Positions 19,603-29,616 of a stretch of DNA of 64,000 bases are shown here, piece after piece. The stretch's first letter is position 1. Each line of letters begins with the position of its first letter. Made by a program: the position numbers and the translations under genes. Source of the DNA: Bdellovibrionota bacterium (GTDB lineage Bacteria; Bdellovibrionota_G; JALEGL01; DATDPG01); assembly GCA_963668355.1 (NCBI GenBank), contig OY764265.1, positions 2,688,001 through 2,752,000 on the forward strand, in the 5' to 3' direction. The notes under the pieces are model-generated. The model was not told the DNA's origin and did no database searches. It saw nothing but the letters and a program-made list of their open reading frames with translations.

Positions 19603-21313
19603 GACACTTCTCCACTTCAGATACTGATCGTGTATTCAAGACATCGTTCTTTGACAAACCACCCTTCCGGGCCATATTCACACCAAAGTCCAAATCATCA
19701 ATACCATCCACCCGATGGGCATCCGGATTGATGGATACCAGGACCCCTTTCTCTTTGGCGTAAGAAAGAACCCGCCAATCTAAATCCAAGCGGTAAGGAT
19801 TGGCATTGAGTTCCACATATTTTCCCAATTCTTGAGCTCGATCCATAAGTCGATGCAAATTGATTTTAAACCCTTCTCTTGCCAGTAAAATTCTCCCCGT
19901 TGGATGCCCCACCATTGTGCAATACTTGTTTTCGAGTGCCTTTAGACAGCGTTCCGTCATGGCTTCTTCGGTCATTTGAAATTGCGCATGAACCGAAGCC
20001 ACCACAAAATCGAACTCTTTAAGAACGTTCTCCGGATAGTCCAATTTTCCGCTCGGAAGAATGTCGGACTCAATTCCCCAGAAAATTCGAATGTCCGAAT
20101 GCTTTTTTTGAACCCGTTCAATTTCTTTTCTTTGCTTTTTGAGATCGGCTTCCGTCAGACCGTTGGCATAAAATGCCGTCTGACTATGATCTGAAATCCC
20201 AATGTATTTCAGCCCCCTCTCGATCGCCGCCTGGACCATTTCTTCAATTGTATTCTTTCCGTCACTGTAGGTTGTGTGGCAATGGAAAAAGCCCCGGAGG
20301 TCCTTTCGTTGGACAAGATCAAACACATGTTTCTCTTTGGCTAGCTCAATTTCTCCTCGGTCCTCACGTAACTCAGGAGGAACGAACGACATCTTGAGTT
20401 TTTTAAAGAGACTCTCCTCATCCTTACACGAAGCAGAGGTCTTTCCTTTAAAAAGTCCGTATTCATTCATTTTCAGACCCATCGCCTTCGCACGAGACCT
20501 CATTGCAGTATTGTGCTCCTTGCTCCCCGTGAAATGATGTAGAGCAAAAGGAAATTCCTTATCCTTCACGACGCGCAGATCAATCTGAATACCTTCTTGA
20601 TGGAGAATGCTGGTCTTTGTCGTCCCCTGAACCACAATGGAAGACACCGACTTCATGGACACAAACTTCTTCATCACCTCCAACGGCTTTTCCGAGGAGC
20701 AAAGAAGATCAATATCTTTCACGACTTCTTTCTTTCGTCTTAAAGATCCCGCCAGCGAAGCGCGTTTGACTTCTTTCCACGATATCACTTCATTCAATAC
20801 TGCATTGGCGACCAAGATGGCCTCTTTAAATAGGAAACGGCCCAAATTCCGTTTCACATACTCGATGCCTTCCAAAATCTTCTCTTGGGTCTTGGCTCCA
20901 AATCCGGGAAGTTTTAGCAGACGGTTTTCTAGGCAGGCATATTCCAATTCCCCAAGAGACTTAATGGAAAGTTTATCGTATAGAACCTTGATTTTCTTCG
21001 GACCTAATCCTGGAATTTTAAAGAGCTCAAAAAGGGTTTTGGGGAACTCGGAGCGAAGTTCCTGGTGATATAGAAGCTTTCCTTCAATTGCGAGGCCTAA
21101 AATGCTCTCCTCAATTCCCTTCCCTATTCCTTTAATCGACGTGAGTTTTCCGTTTTCAATCAAATCCCCAAAATCTTCATCCAATTCGTCCAGAGCTCGA
21201 GCCGCATTTCCATACGCCCGGATCTTAAAAGGGTTCTCCCCTTTCAATTCCAACAATAAGGAAATCTCTTCTAAAACAGAACCCACTTCATTTCGGTCCA
21301 TTTTAAGTTTCAT
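19583..21313 (-). CDS. polX: DNA polymerase X with PHP domain
   Basis: GSLRR..DID, IDLRVV, FTGSKEHN, HCHTTYSDG, NPDAH. Confidence 0.95.
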   Translation of the reverse strand: MKLKMDRNEVGSVLEEISLLLELKGENPFKIRAYGNAARALDELDEDFGDLIENGKLTSIKGIGKGIEESILGLAIEGKLLYHQELRSEFPKTLFELFKIPGLGPKKIKVLYDKLSIKSLGELEYACLENRLLKLPGFGAKTQEKILEGIEYVKRNLGRFLFKEAILVANAVLNEVISWKEVKRASLAGSLRRKKEVVKDIDLLCSSEKPLEVMKKFVSMKSVSSIVVQGTTKTSILHQEGIQIDLRVVKDKEFPFALHHFTGSKEHNTAMRSRAKAMGLKMNEYGLFKGKTSASCKDEESLFKKLKMSFVPPELREDRGEIELAKEKHVFDLVQRKDLRGFFHCHTTYSDGKNTIEEMVQAAIERGLKYIGISDHSQTAFYANGLTEADLKKQRKEIERVQKKHSDIRIFWGIESDILPSGKLDYPENVLKEFDFVVASVHAQFQMTEEAMTERCLKALENKYCTMVGHPTGRILLAREGFKINLHRLMDRAQELGKYVELNANPYRLDLDWRVLSYAKEKGVLVSINPDAHRVDGIDDLDFGVNMARKGGLSKNDVLNTRSVSEVEKCLAQARS

Positions 21314-21831
21314 ATGGATCGCATTCCCAACAGATCAAAATCTGTTCGTTTTTTGAATTGGGTTTCCCCGCCATGTTCCGTCGCAATCTCTTGAATGGAA
21401 AGATGAGCTTCCGGATGAATTCGGGCAGGCGAAATGGTCGCCATCGGGACCGAGACATGGGCATATTTCAAGAGATCCGGGTGCGGAAGCGTCTTGCTTC
21501 CCACCTTTCCTTCAACCCCATCCACCCAAATCAAATCAATGTCGATGGTTCGCGGTCCAAATTTCTCACCCTTCTTAGTTCGACCCATAAGACGTTCAAT
21601 TTGAGGAAGTCTTTCCTCCTGAAGGGTTTCTGGGCGAAGTACGGTTTGAAGTTCAAGAACCGCATTCCAAAAAGGAGGTTGGTCCTCAATACCTACGGGT
21701 TTCGTTTCAAACACTGGGGAGACATCCACAATATCGCCCAACCCTCTTAGGGCCGTCATCGCCTCTTCAAAATGTCTTTCCGGTTCGATATTGGATCCCA
21801 GAGATAAAAATGTGGTGAAGATTTCAATCAA
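21310..21831 (-). CDS. folK: HPPK, 2-amino-4-hydroxy-6-hydroxymethyldihydropteridine diphosphokinase
   Basis: LSLGSN, GPRTIDIDL, LPHP; probable TTG start coupled to folB. Confidence 0.92.
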   Translation of the reverse strand: MIEIFTTFLSLGSNIEPERHFEEAMTALRGLGDIVDVSPVFETKPVGIEDQPPFWNAVLELQTVLRPETLQEERLPQIERLMGRTKKGEKFGPRTIDIDLIWVDGVEGKVGSKTLPHPDLLKYAHVSVPMATISPARIHPEAHLSIQEIATEHGGETQFKKRTDFDLLGMRSI

Positions 21832-22195
21832 AATCGGCTTTAGCCCTTTCCATCTCCACGCCCACGGACCTCGCAAATCGGAGGGCTCCGGGTTTTTCCA
21901 CGCATACGCGCGCCCTCGCTACCCCCTTCCCCATCAAGCAAATTCGACAAATATCATTGGCCAAAGCTTCCACGGTGAACCTCTTGGCTTCTTCCACATG
22001 AGAAATGATTTTTTTGGTCAGGGTCCGATAATTGAGATTTTCATCCAGCTCATCCGTTTGAGCCGAAGGCCGGAGATCACAATCGAGTGAAATATTGACC
22101 AAAATGTCTTGCTCAATTTCCCGTTCCCAATCGTTGACCCCGATTACCCCCCGGATCAACAAGTCCCGTATATGAATTTTATCTTTTTGGCTCAT
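21824..22195 (-). CDS. folB: Dihydroneopterin aldolase/epimerase (FolB/FolX family)
   Basis: IGVNDWER, LNYRTLTK, VEALA, KPGALRFARSVGV. Confidence 0.88.
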   Translation of the reverse strand: MSQKDKIHIRDLLIRGVIGVNDWEREIEQDILVNISLDCDLRPSAQTDELDENLNYRTLTKKIISHVEEAKRFTVEALANDICRICLMGKGVARARVCVEKPGALRFARSVGVEMERAKADFD

Positions 22196-22313
22196 GACGT
22201 GCCCTTTTCTTAACCTTTTTTGAGAAACAAGAAAACCCCTCGGTCCCAAGAGAAAAACCCATTCACTCGAAAGATTTGACCCAAATAGATCCTCTTCGTA
22301 TCTTCCCAAGAAC

Positions 22314-23045
22314 ATGGATTTGAAGGGAAAAAACTGCCTCATTACGGGAGGGGCCAAACGAATCGGAAAGGCCATCGCATTGGCCTTGGCCGAAAAAGGA
22401 TGTCACATTGCCTTTACCTACTTAACTTCATCGCCCGAGGCCATGGAAACGGCAAAGGAAATCGAACGCTTGGGTGTTTCCTGCCACCCCCTCCAAGTAG
22501 ACTTGGGGAACGTGGAAAACCTCGAACCCCTGGTTGCCCAAATCGAACAAGAACTGGGTTCCATTGACATCCTCATTAACAATGCGTCCCGCTTCGAGCC
22601 CTCTCCCTGGCCGAATATTTCCAATTTGGACTGGGACGCAGATCTGAACATCAATTTAAAAGCCCCCTTTTTCCTTTGCCAAGCCATAGGCCCCAAAATG
22701 GTGCAATCCGGAGAGGGGAAAATCATCAACATCGCCGATGGCTCTCTCGAAAAACCCTATCTTTCTCATCTTCCCTACTCCATCGCCAAAACGGGACTCA
22801 TTACCTTAACCAAGGCAATGGCTCAGAAACTCGCACCCCAGGTCCAAGTTATGGCCATCGCGCCGGGCCCCATCCTTTTTCCCGAAGGAAGCTCTTCGAC
22901 CGAACAACAATCGATTCTGGAACAAACCCCCCTGAAAAGGCCTGGGTCACCTGAAGATATTTCATCTGCAGTCCTTTTTCTGCTAGAGGGATCCGATTAT
23001 ATTACGGGGCATACGCTGTTCGTAGATGGAGGAAGGTTCTTGTAA
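22314..23045 (+). CDS. Pteridine reductase / FolM-like SDR
   Basis: TGGAKRIG, LINNAS, YSIAK, IAPGPIL; located within the pterin cluster. Confidence 0.85.
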   Translation: MDLKGKNCLITGGAKRIGKAIALALAEKGCHIAFTYLTSSPEAMETAKEIERLGVSCHPLQVDLGNVENLEPLVAQIEQELGSIDILINNASRFEPSPWPNISNLDWDADLNINLKAPFFLCQAIGPKMVQSGEGKIINIADGSLEKPYLSHLPYSIAKTGLITLTKAMAQKLAPQVQVMAIAPGPILFPEGSSSTEQQSILEQTPLKRPGSPEDISSAVLFLLEGSDYITGHTLFVDGGRFL

Positions 23046-23047
23046 TC

Positions 23048-23452
23048 ATGCATTCAATCACTCAAGAAATTGATTTTTGTTATGGCCACCGATTGGTTGG
23101 ACATCCTGGTCCCTGTAAGCATTTGCATGGCCACAATGCCCGAGTGGAAATGACATTCGTCGCGAACAAACTGGATGAACGGGGAATGGTCTTGGATTTT
23201 ACGGAAGTGAAAGCCAAAATGAAAACCTGGATCGATGAAACCTTGGACCATCAAATGGTTCTTCACAAAAGCGACCCCATTCTCCCAGTTCTCCAGGAAC
23301 ACGAAGAATCCATTGTCGTGACAGAAATCCCTCCCACGGCGGAGCACTTGGCTCGATTGATCTTCAATCAGGCTCGTTCGTTCGGCCTTCCCATTTCCCG
23401 AGTCGATGTTTGGGAAACCCCACGACAAAAGGCCTCTTTTTTCGAGGAATAA
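23048..23452 (+). CDS. queD: 6-carboxytetrahydropterin / 6-pyruvoyltetrahydropterin synthase
   Basis: CKHLHGHN, LDH, PTAEHLA, VWETP. Confidence 0.88.
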   Translation: MHSITQEIDFCYGHRLVGHPGPCKHLHGHNARVEMTFVANKLDERGMVLDFTEVKAKMKTWIDETLDHQMVLHKSDPILPVLQEHEESIVVTEIPPTAEHLARLIFNQARSFGLPISRVDVWETPRQKASFFEE

Positions 23453-23455
23453 AGC

Positions 23456-23761
23456 TTACTGGCTTTTGGGGGCTTCGACGCCATCGGGGAGGGTCTCGAC
23501 GATCATTCCTTCGTGGGCCGGTGTTTGACAACAAAGAACTTCTTCCGAATCGGAACTGTCTCTTCGCAAAACCGCCATGCAGTTTTCACAATTTCCGTTC
23601 CAACAAAAATTTTCAAACTGAATATTGAAATCCAGATACTGATAACAGCGCAACAGCTCCAAACCATCGGGAACTTGGTACTCCGTTCCTTGAATGTGAA
23701 TGGTTACGAGCTGGCTCGTATCGCCAAATAACAGGTTTTTCTCTTCATCTGTCAACGTCAT
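23456..23761 (-). CDS. Small 2Fe-2S cluster-binding protein
   Basis: CWNGNCENC...CC motif; ATGA-coupled to folE. Confidence 0.8.
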   Translation of the reverse strand: MTLTDEEKNLLFGDTSQLVTIHIQGTEYQVPDGLELLRCYQYLDFNIQFENFCWNGNCENCMAVLRRDSSDSEEVLCCQTPAHEGMIVETLPDGVEAPKSQ

Positions 23762-24345
23762 AGAGCTTTGTGAATTAGGGAGAGAAATTCAGACCGGGTC
23801 GATTGCTTTTCTCTGAAAGCTCCCAACATGGCACTTGTAAGGGCCACAGAATTCTGTTTCTCCACGCCCCGCATTTGCATACAAAGATGTTTCCCTTCCA
23901 TGACCACCGCCACCCCCAGGGGCTTAACCACCCTCTGAATGGTTTCAGCCACTTGCTGAGTCAAACGCTCTTGGACTTGCAATCGCCGGGCATAAATTTC
24001 CACCATGCGAGCCAATTTGGATAACCCGATGATGCTTTTATGGGGAATATAGGCAATATGACATTTCCCGAAAAATGGAAGCATATGATGTTCACAAAGA
24101 CTGAAGAAATCGATGTCCCGAACAACGACCATTTCACTCGTATCAGCCTCAAACACGGCATTATTTAAAACCTCAACCGGATCTTCCTTATATCCCTTTG
24201 TTAAATATGCCAGGGAAGCGGCTACTCGCTCGGGAGTCTTAAGAAGCCCCTCTCGATTCGGATCTTCGCCCAATAATTCCAATATCGATTGAATGTGTTT
24301 TTCCATGAGGCGGCGGATGGAATCAGATTCCGGATCCTTGGTCAA
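23758..24345 (-). CDS. folE: GTP cyclohydrolase I
   Basis: [35 protein letters not shown]. Confidence 0.97.
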   Translation of the reverse strand: MTKDPESDSIRRLMEKHIQSILELLGEDPNREGLLKTPERVAASLAYLTKGYKEDPVEVLNNAVFEADTSEMVVVRDIDFFSLCEHHMLPFFGKCHIAYIPHKSIIGLSKLARMVEIYARRLQVQERLTQQVAETIQRVVKPLGVAVVMEGKHLCMQMRGVEKQNSVALTSAMLGAFREKQSTRSEFLSLIHKAL

Positions 24346-24382
24346 CTACCCTCTTGAAACGTATGCTAAAATGCGTCTCTAA

Positions 24383-25189
24383 ATGGCACGATCAACCGAG
24401 AAGCCCAGAAATCTTCGTAGCCCGCTGGTCTTGTCTGTTCTTTTACATTTACTGATCCTTCCACTCCTTCCCTTGTTTTTTTCGGCCGAAAACTCAGAAG
24501 CTGGAACGCCATCTCCCATGAAGGTTCGCGTTTTTCCCCTTCCAAAGCCCCAAAATGACCGGTTAAAGGGACAAATCGTTGACGTTCCCAATTCTTCTTC
24601 GTCGGAAACCCCAAATCAAAGCCAGTATTTGAGTGATCGAAACCGAACCGTCACGAAACAAACGCAGTCCCGATACACGGGCCCAAATCAGACCCCAGCT
24701 CAATCTCTCGAATCTAAAGACACTCAGGAGGGAAAATTAAACCTCGACCTTCCAAAAACCTTCTTAAAGGAGATGAAGAAGCAACAACAACAACTCGCAG
24801 CCCTCTCTCCAAAGAACTACCTTCCGGAGGTGTCTTTTGGGGACGAGACGCTTCTTAACACCAAGGAATTCGCTTATTCGTCTTTCTATGTCCGGATGAA
24901 ACGACAAATTGAGATGAATTGGTCTCCCCAACGTTTACAACTCAGCGCGCTGGCCGGCAGAGATCAATGGACCACGGTCATTCAATTTACGCTGACCAAG
25001 TATGGCGACCTTGCCAATATGAGAATGCTTCGCTCTTCAGGAAATATGTTTTTGGATCAGGAAGCCCTAAAAGCCATCAAAGCGTCGGCCCCTTTTTTAA
25101 ACCCACCTACGGACCTCATCGAACCCGATGGGAAAATCAGGCGGATTCCCCTCATGCATTTCATTGTCAATACGTCTACGTTGTTTTAA
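24383..25189 (+). CDS. TonB-family energy transducer
   Basis: SVLLH TM motif; C-terminal SSG..LDQEALKAIK..APF.PP. Confidence 0.8.
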   Translation: MARSTEKPRNLRSPLVLSVLLHLLILPLLPLFFSAENSEAGTPSPMKVRVFPLPKPQNDRLKGQIVDVPNSSSSETPNQSQYLSDRNRTVTKQTQSRYTGPNQTPAQSLESKDTQEGKLNLDLPKTFLKEMKKQQQQLAALSPKNYLPEVSFGDETLLNTKEFAYSSFYVRMKRQIEMNWSPQRLQLSALAGRDQWTTVIQFTLTKYGDLANMRMLRSSGNMFLDQEALKAIKASAPFLNPPTDLIEPDGKIRRIPLMHFIVNTSTLF

Positions 25190-25198
25190 GAAATCGCC

Positions 25199-26692
25199 CT
25201 AAGAATTCTTTTTGTTCCATGTGAGAACCGGTTCTCGGGCAGCTGTAGTTTCATCAAAACGTCCGACACCCAAACGATGAGGTGCTTCTTTCACCTTCTT
25301 CGGAGCGTCTTTGGCCTCTTTGGCAATGTGAGCCATGGTTTCCACGAAGTAGTCGAGCGTCCCTTTGGATTCACTTTCCGTCGGTTCGATCATGAGAGCT
25401 CCACGAACGACCAAAGGAAAATAAATGGTTGGAGGGTGAATCCCAAAGTCCATCAAGCGCTTCGCGATGTCCAAGGTGGAAACTTCGTTTTCCTTCATTT
25501 GAATTTTATCGGTGAAAACAGCCTCATGGAGCGTCGGCGAATCATAGGGCAAGTGAAAATGCTTTTTGAGCTTCGCCTTTACGTAGTTAGCGTTCAACAC
25601 GGCTCCTTCGCTGATTTCGGCGATATGTTCCTTGCCAAAAGCATAAATATAGCAAAGGGCACGAACCAACATCCCAAAGTTTCCGTGAAAGGCCCGAAAA
25701 CGTCCAACGGACCTTGGAACAAAATGATCCAAGCTATAAATGCCGTCCCGAAATCGAACAACCGGAACCGGCAAATAATCCAAAAGCTTCTCGGAAACCA
25801 CAACCGGACCCGCTCCAGGACCTCCTCCACCGTGAGGCGTTGAAAACGTCTTGTGCAGATTGATATGCATGCAATCCACGCCCATGGCCGCGATGTTTAC
25901 TTTTCCGACCACCGCATTGAGATTCGCTCCATCGCAATAGACCAATCCACCTCGGTCATGCACCAACTTGGAAATCTCTACAATATGTTCCTCATAAATT
26001 CCCAACGTATTGGGGACCGTGATCATGAGGGCTGCCACATTCTCATCCATGACCTTATCAAGTTCGTCCAGGTCAATCATTCCTTTGTCATTGGATTTGA
26101 CGGTCTTTACTTTGAGATTGGAGAGCGCGGCACTGGCAGGATTGGTCCCGTGTGCAGAATCCGGAATGAGGATCACATTTCGAGTTTTGTTGCCTTTGTG
26201 ACGATGGTAGGCGTTGATCATTTTCACACCGACCAACTCTCCATGAGCGCCGGCAGCCGGATGAAGCGTGCACCCCTTCATTCCCGTAATGGCCATCAAA
26301 GCCTCCTGGAGTTTGTACATCACCTCCAAAGCACCCTGGGAGTGTTTCTCTCCCACCAACGGATGCAAACGGTTAAACCCTTCTTCCGCAGCGACTTTTT
26401 CATTCACTTTGGGGTTGTATTTCATTGTGCAGGAGCCCAAAGGATAGAAACCGTGATCGATTCCAAAATTGAGTTCGGAAATTCGCGTAAAGTGCCGGAC
26501 GACTTCCATCTCAGAAAGGTTGGGAAACTTTGGGATGTCTTCCCGACACAAATCTTCTGGAATGGGCTGATCTGAATCCTTTGAGAAGGAGGGAAAATAC
26601 CCATGGTCCTTTAGAACTTCTGCGCCGTGGTCTTCTTCCCACAAGGTTGGAACTTTATGCCTAGCTCTCTGGCTTTCTCTGGGGCCTTTCAT
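25199..26692 (-). CDS. gcvPB: Glycine dehydrogenase subunit 2
   Basis: PLGSCTMKYNP, HGTNPASA, NLHKTFSTPHGGGGPG. Confidence 0.97.
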   Translation of the reverse strand: MKGPRESQRARHKVPTLWEEDHGAEVLKDHGYFPSFSKDSDQPIPEDLCREDIPKFPNLSEMEVVRHFTRISELNFGIDHGFYPLGSCTMKYNPKVNEKVAAEEGFNRLHPLVGEKHSQGALEVMYKLQEALMAITGMKGCTLHPAAGAHGELVGVKMINAYHRHKGNKTRNVILIPDSAHGTNPASAALSNLKVKTVKSNDKGMIDLDELDKVMDENVAALMITVPNTLGIYEEHIVEISKLVHDRGGLVYCDGANLNAVVGKVNIAAMGVDCMHINLHKTFSTPHGGGGPGAGPVVVSEKLLDYLPVPVVRFRDGIYSLDHFVPRSVGRFRAFHGNFGMLVRALCYIYAFGKEHIAEISEGAVLNANYVKAKLKKHFHLPYDSPTLHEAVFTDKIQMKENEVSTLDIAKRLMDFGIHPPTIYFPLVVRGALMIEPTESESKGTLDYFVETMAHIAKEAKDAPKKVKEAPHRLGVGRFDETTAAREPVLTWNKKNS

Positions 26693-28032
26693 AACACCTT
26701 CCGAACAACATCCACATATCGATCTAAATCTGCCTGATTTTTGGTTTCAGTCACAGCCAAAACAAGTTCTCGGTCTCGTTCCTTCGCCCAACGGGACAAA
26801 GCGACCCCTCCCAGGATCTTTTCTTTTTCAAGGGCAGCCAAAAAGGCCTCACTCGAAATCGGTAAACGAACCGTAAACTCATTGAACGTTGGCCCATCAA
26901 ACAAAAGATCAATGGCGGAGATTTCTTTTAGCTTCGTCTTTAAATACTGAGCGGCTTTCGCGTTTTCAATGGCCACACTCCGCAACCCCGCCGAACCCAA
27001 AGTCGCCATATATATGCATGAGCGAAGTGCGCAGAGGGAGTGATTGGTACAAATGTTTGAGGTCGCTTTTTCACGTCGTATATGCTGTTCCCGCGTAGAG
27101 AGCGTCAAAACATATCCGGAATTTCCATTTGAATCCTTGGCCTCACCCACCAAGCGACCCGGAAGCTGCCTTAAATATTTTTCCTGGGCCGCGAACAAGC
27201 CGACATGCGGTCCTCCAAAATTTTGAGGATTTCCCAAGGATTGACCTTCACCTACAACGATATCTGCACCTTGTTCCCCGGGAGACTTTAAAATCCCAAA
27301 GGCCAATGCCTCCGTCGTATTGACCACAAATAAGCCCTTGGCTTCGTGAGTGGCCTGGGCTAACTCTGTCAAGGGTTCAACTACGCCATAGAAGTTTGGC
27401 TGCTGCACCATTACGGCTGCAACATCCTCCAAAGACTCGGGCAAAATGGTTTGCCCATGCTCATCCAGTGGTAATTCCTCCAGTTCTACTTGAACATCAC
27501 TCGTATACGCTCGAACAACAGATCTGTAGTCTGGATGAATTCCTTCGGAGAGCAATATTCGTTTCTTTTTTCGTTGCGTCCGAACAGCCAAAAGAGCGGC
27601 TTCCGCAAGTGAGGAGGCGCCATCATACATAGAGGCATTCGCGATCTCCATGCCAAACAGATTGGCCACCATGGATTGAAACTCAAAAATCGCTTGTAAC
27701 GTTCCTTGACTCACTTCCGGCTGGTAAGGGGTATAAGCCGTAACAAATTCACTTCGCCCCGACAAAGAGTCCACAACCGTCGGAATAAAATGTTCGTAAC
27801 ACCCCGCCCCAAGATATGACCGCCAATTCGAATCCCTGGCGGGTGAATTTTTAAAAGCCTCTTCCCGAAAAAAGTGTTGCAGTTCGGCCTCGGTCATTGC
27901 CGGAGGAAGCCCAACAAAGTCCTTCCAACGAACGATTTCTGGAATGGAAGAAAAAAGTGACTCGACGGAATCGGCTCCAATTTCTTGAAGCATTTCCGTA
28001 CGATCTCGATCTGTAGATGGAATGTACCGCAT
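26689..28032 (-). CDS. gcvPA: Glycine dehydrogenase subunit 1
   Basis: AYTPYQPEVSQG, TREQHIRREKATSNICTN. Confidence 0.97.
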   Translation of the reverse strand: MRYIPSTDRDRTEMLQEIGADSVESLFSSIPEIVRWKDFVGLPPAMTEAELQHFFREEAFKNSPARDSNWRSYLGAGCYEHFIPTVVDSLSGRSEFVTAYTPYQPEVSQGTLQAIFEFQSMVANLFGMEIANASMYDGASSLAEAALLAVRTQRKKKRILLSEGIHPDYRSVVRAYTSDVQVELEELPLDEHGQTILPESLEDVAAVMVQQPNFYGVVEPLTELAQATHEAKGLFVVNTTEALAFGILKSPGEQGADIVVGEGQSLGNPQNFGGPHVGLFAAQEKYLRQLPGRLVGEAKDSNGNSGYVLTLSTREQHIRREKATSNICTNHSLCALRSCIYMATLGSAGLRSVAIENAKAAQYLKTKLKEISAIDLLFDGPTFNEFTVRLPISSEAFLAALEKEKILGGVALSRWAKERDRELVLAVTETKNQADLDRYVDVVRKVL

Positions 28033-28049
28033 GAAGAGATAAGACGTGT

Positions 28050-28451
28050 TTAATCGTCTTCCTCTTCTTTGGCGACGAATTCTTTGTAATCTTCAGCACT
28101 CATGAGTTTCTTGAACTCCGAATCATTTTCAACCTTCACACGAATTAACCAAGCCTCTCCGTAGGGATCGTCATTAACCACCTCAGGCGATTCAACCAGA
28201 GCATCGTTCACTTCCATGACCATTCCCGTAACGGGAGAAAACAAATCAGAAACAGCTTTTACAGACTCAACGCTACCAAAGGGTTCGGATGATTCCACTT
28301 CATCATCTTCTTGGGGAAGCTCTACATACACCACATCCCCCATACGACTTTGTGCCCAATCTGTTACACCAATGGTAACCGTCATCGTGTCCTCTTCAAA
28401 TCGAGCCCATTCATGATCGTTGGTGTATCGAAGTTCTTCTGGAATATTCAT
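28050..28451 (-). CDS. gcvH: Glycine cleavage system H protein
   Basis: HEWA and the VESVKAVSD lipoyl-lysine motif. Confidence 0.97.
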   Translation of the reverse strand: MNIPEELRYTNDHEWARFEEDTMTVTIGVTDWAQSRMGDVVYVELPQEDDEVESSEPFGSVESVKAVSDLFSPVTGMVMEVNDALVESPEVVNDDPYGEAWLIRVKVENDSEFKKLMSAEDYKEFVAKEEEDD

Positions 28452-28527
28452 TTCAGTAATTTCTCCAAAGGGTTATTCAAATTCTTATCGAAAATCATCA
28501 TAGAAAATAATTCCGGGCAAGCCATTT

Positions 28528-29616
28528 TTACCGTTTTATGGACCCTGGGACAAAGGGTGGCTTGACCACTTTGCCTGGGACTTCTTTATTTCGGATGTGG
28601 ATTTGGACCTCATCCTTCAAGGCCACATCCACATCCAACATTCCCAAAGCAATCCCACACTTGAGAGTGGGAGAAAAGGTCCCGGAAGTCAATGCTCCAA
28701 CGCATTTTCCATCTTTTTTAACGTCAAAGCCCGGCCGAGGAATTCCTCTGCCCGTAACCTTTATGGCTCGAAGCCTCCTTTTCAAACCCTCTTCTTTCTG
28801 TTTGAGCAGAACCTCCCGCCCCACAAAATTTCCCTTATCCAACTTAACGGCCCAACCGATTCCGGCTTCCAAAGGAGTAATGTCCTCGTTCATGTCGCTC
28901 CCATTTAAGAGGTAGCCCATTTCCAAACGAAGGGTGTCTCGGGCCCCCAAACCAATGGGAACCAGACCACTTTCCTCCCCTTCTTTAAACAGAAGGTCCC
29001 ACACATCCGCAGCAATTTCGGGCTTGAGGTACAACTCAAAACCATCCTCCCCGGAATATCCAGTCCGTGAGATCAGTACAGCCGAACCCAACAACTCGGC
29101 CCAGGTGAATTCATAATATTTCACGGTTGCCAAATCCCGCTTCACAAGTGCGCTGAGTAAAGCCTCCGCTTTTTTTCCTTGAAGCGCGAGCAAGGCATAT
29201 TCCTCACTTCGGTCCACCACCTCTGCGCCTTCCAAGGCATGAGACTCAAACCATTTGGCCACCTGTTCCCGCCGAGACGCATTGACCACAAAAAGATAAT
29301 ACTCATCGCCCATCGCATAGAGCAGGCAGTCATCAATGACTCCGCCACGCTCATTTAAGATCGCGCTATACTGAACCTTTCCAGGCTTCAAGGCCGCGGC
29401 ATTGTTGGTGGACACTCGTTGGCAAAACTCAAGAGCTTTCGGGCCTTTTACTTCAAACTCGCCCATATGGCTGACATCAAATAGCCCCATCGAATTTCGA
29501 ACCGCTTCGTGCTCCTTCACAATGCTCGTGTATTGAACGGGCATTTCATAGCCTGCGAATGGAACCATCGTCGCCTTTAAAGCCACATGTTTTTCAAATA
29601 AAGGGGTCTTTTTCAT
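28528..29616 (-). CDS. gcvT: Glycine cleavage system aminomethyltransferase
   Basis: FDVSHMG, RTGYSGEDGFE, GLGARDTLRLE. Confidence 0.97.
   Translation of the reverse strand: MKKTPLFEKHVALKATMVPFAGYEMPVQYTSIVKEHEAVRNSMGLFDVSHMGEFEVKGPKALEFCQRVSTNNAAALKPGKVQYSAILNERGGVIDDCLLYAMGDEYYLFVVNASRREQVAKWFESHALEGAEVVDRSEEYALLALQGKKAEALLSALVKRDLATVKYYEFTWAELLGSAVLISRTGYSGEDGFELYLKPEIAADVWDLLFKEGEESGLVPIGLGARDTLRLEMGYLLNGSDMNEDITPLEAGIGWAVKLDKGNFVGREVLLKQKEEGLKRRLRAIKVTGRGIPRPGFDVKKDGKCVGALTSGTFSPTLKCGIALGMLDVDVALKDEVQIHIRNKEVPGKVVKPPFVPGSIKR

Noticed and set aside
19583..21313. Catalytically dead PolX variant
   Set aside because: DxD, the third Asp and the PHP metal ligands are all present
28452..28527. 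Glycine riboswitch near the gcv genes
   Set aside because: gcvT is coupled to folD, and this short AT-rich gap lacks the aptamer motifs
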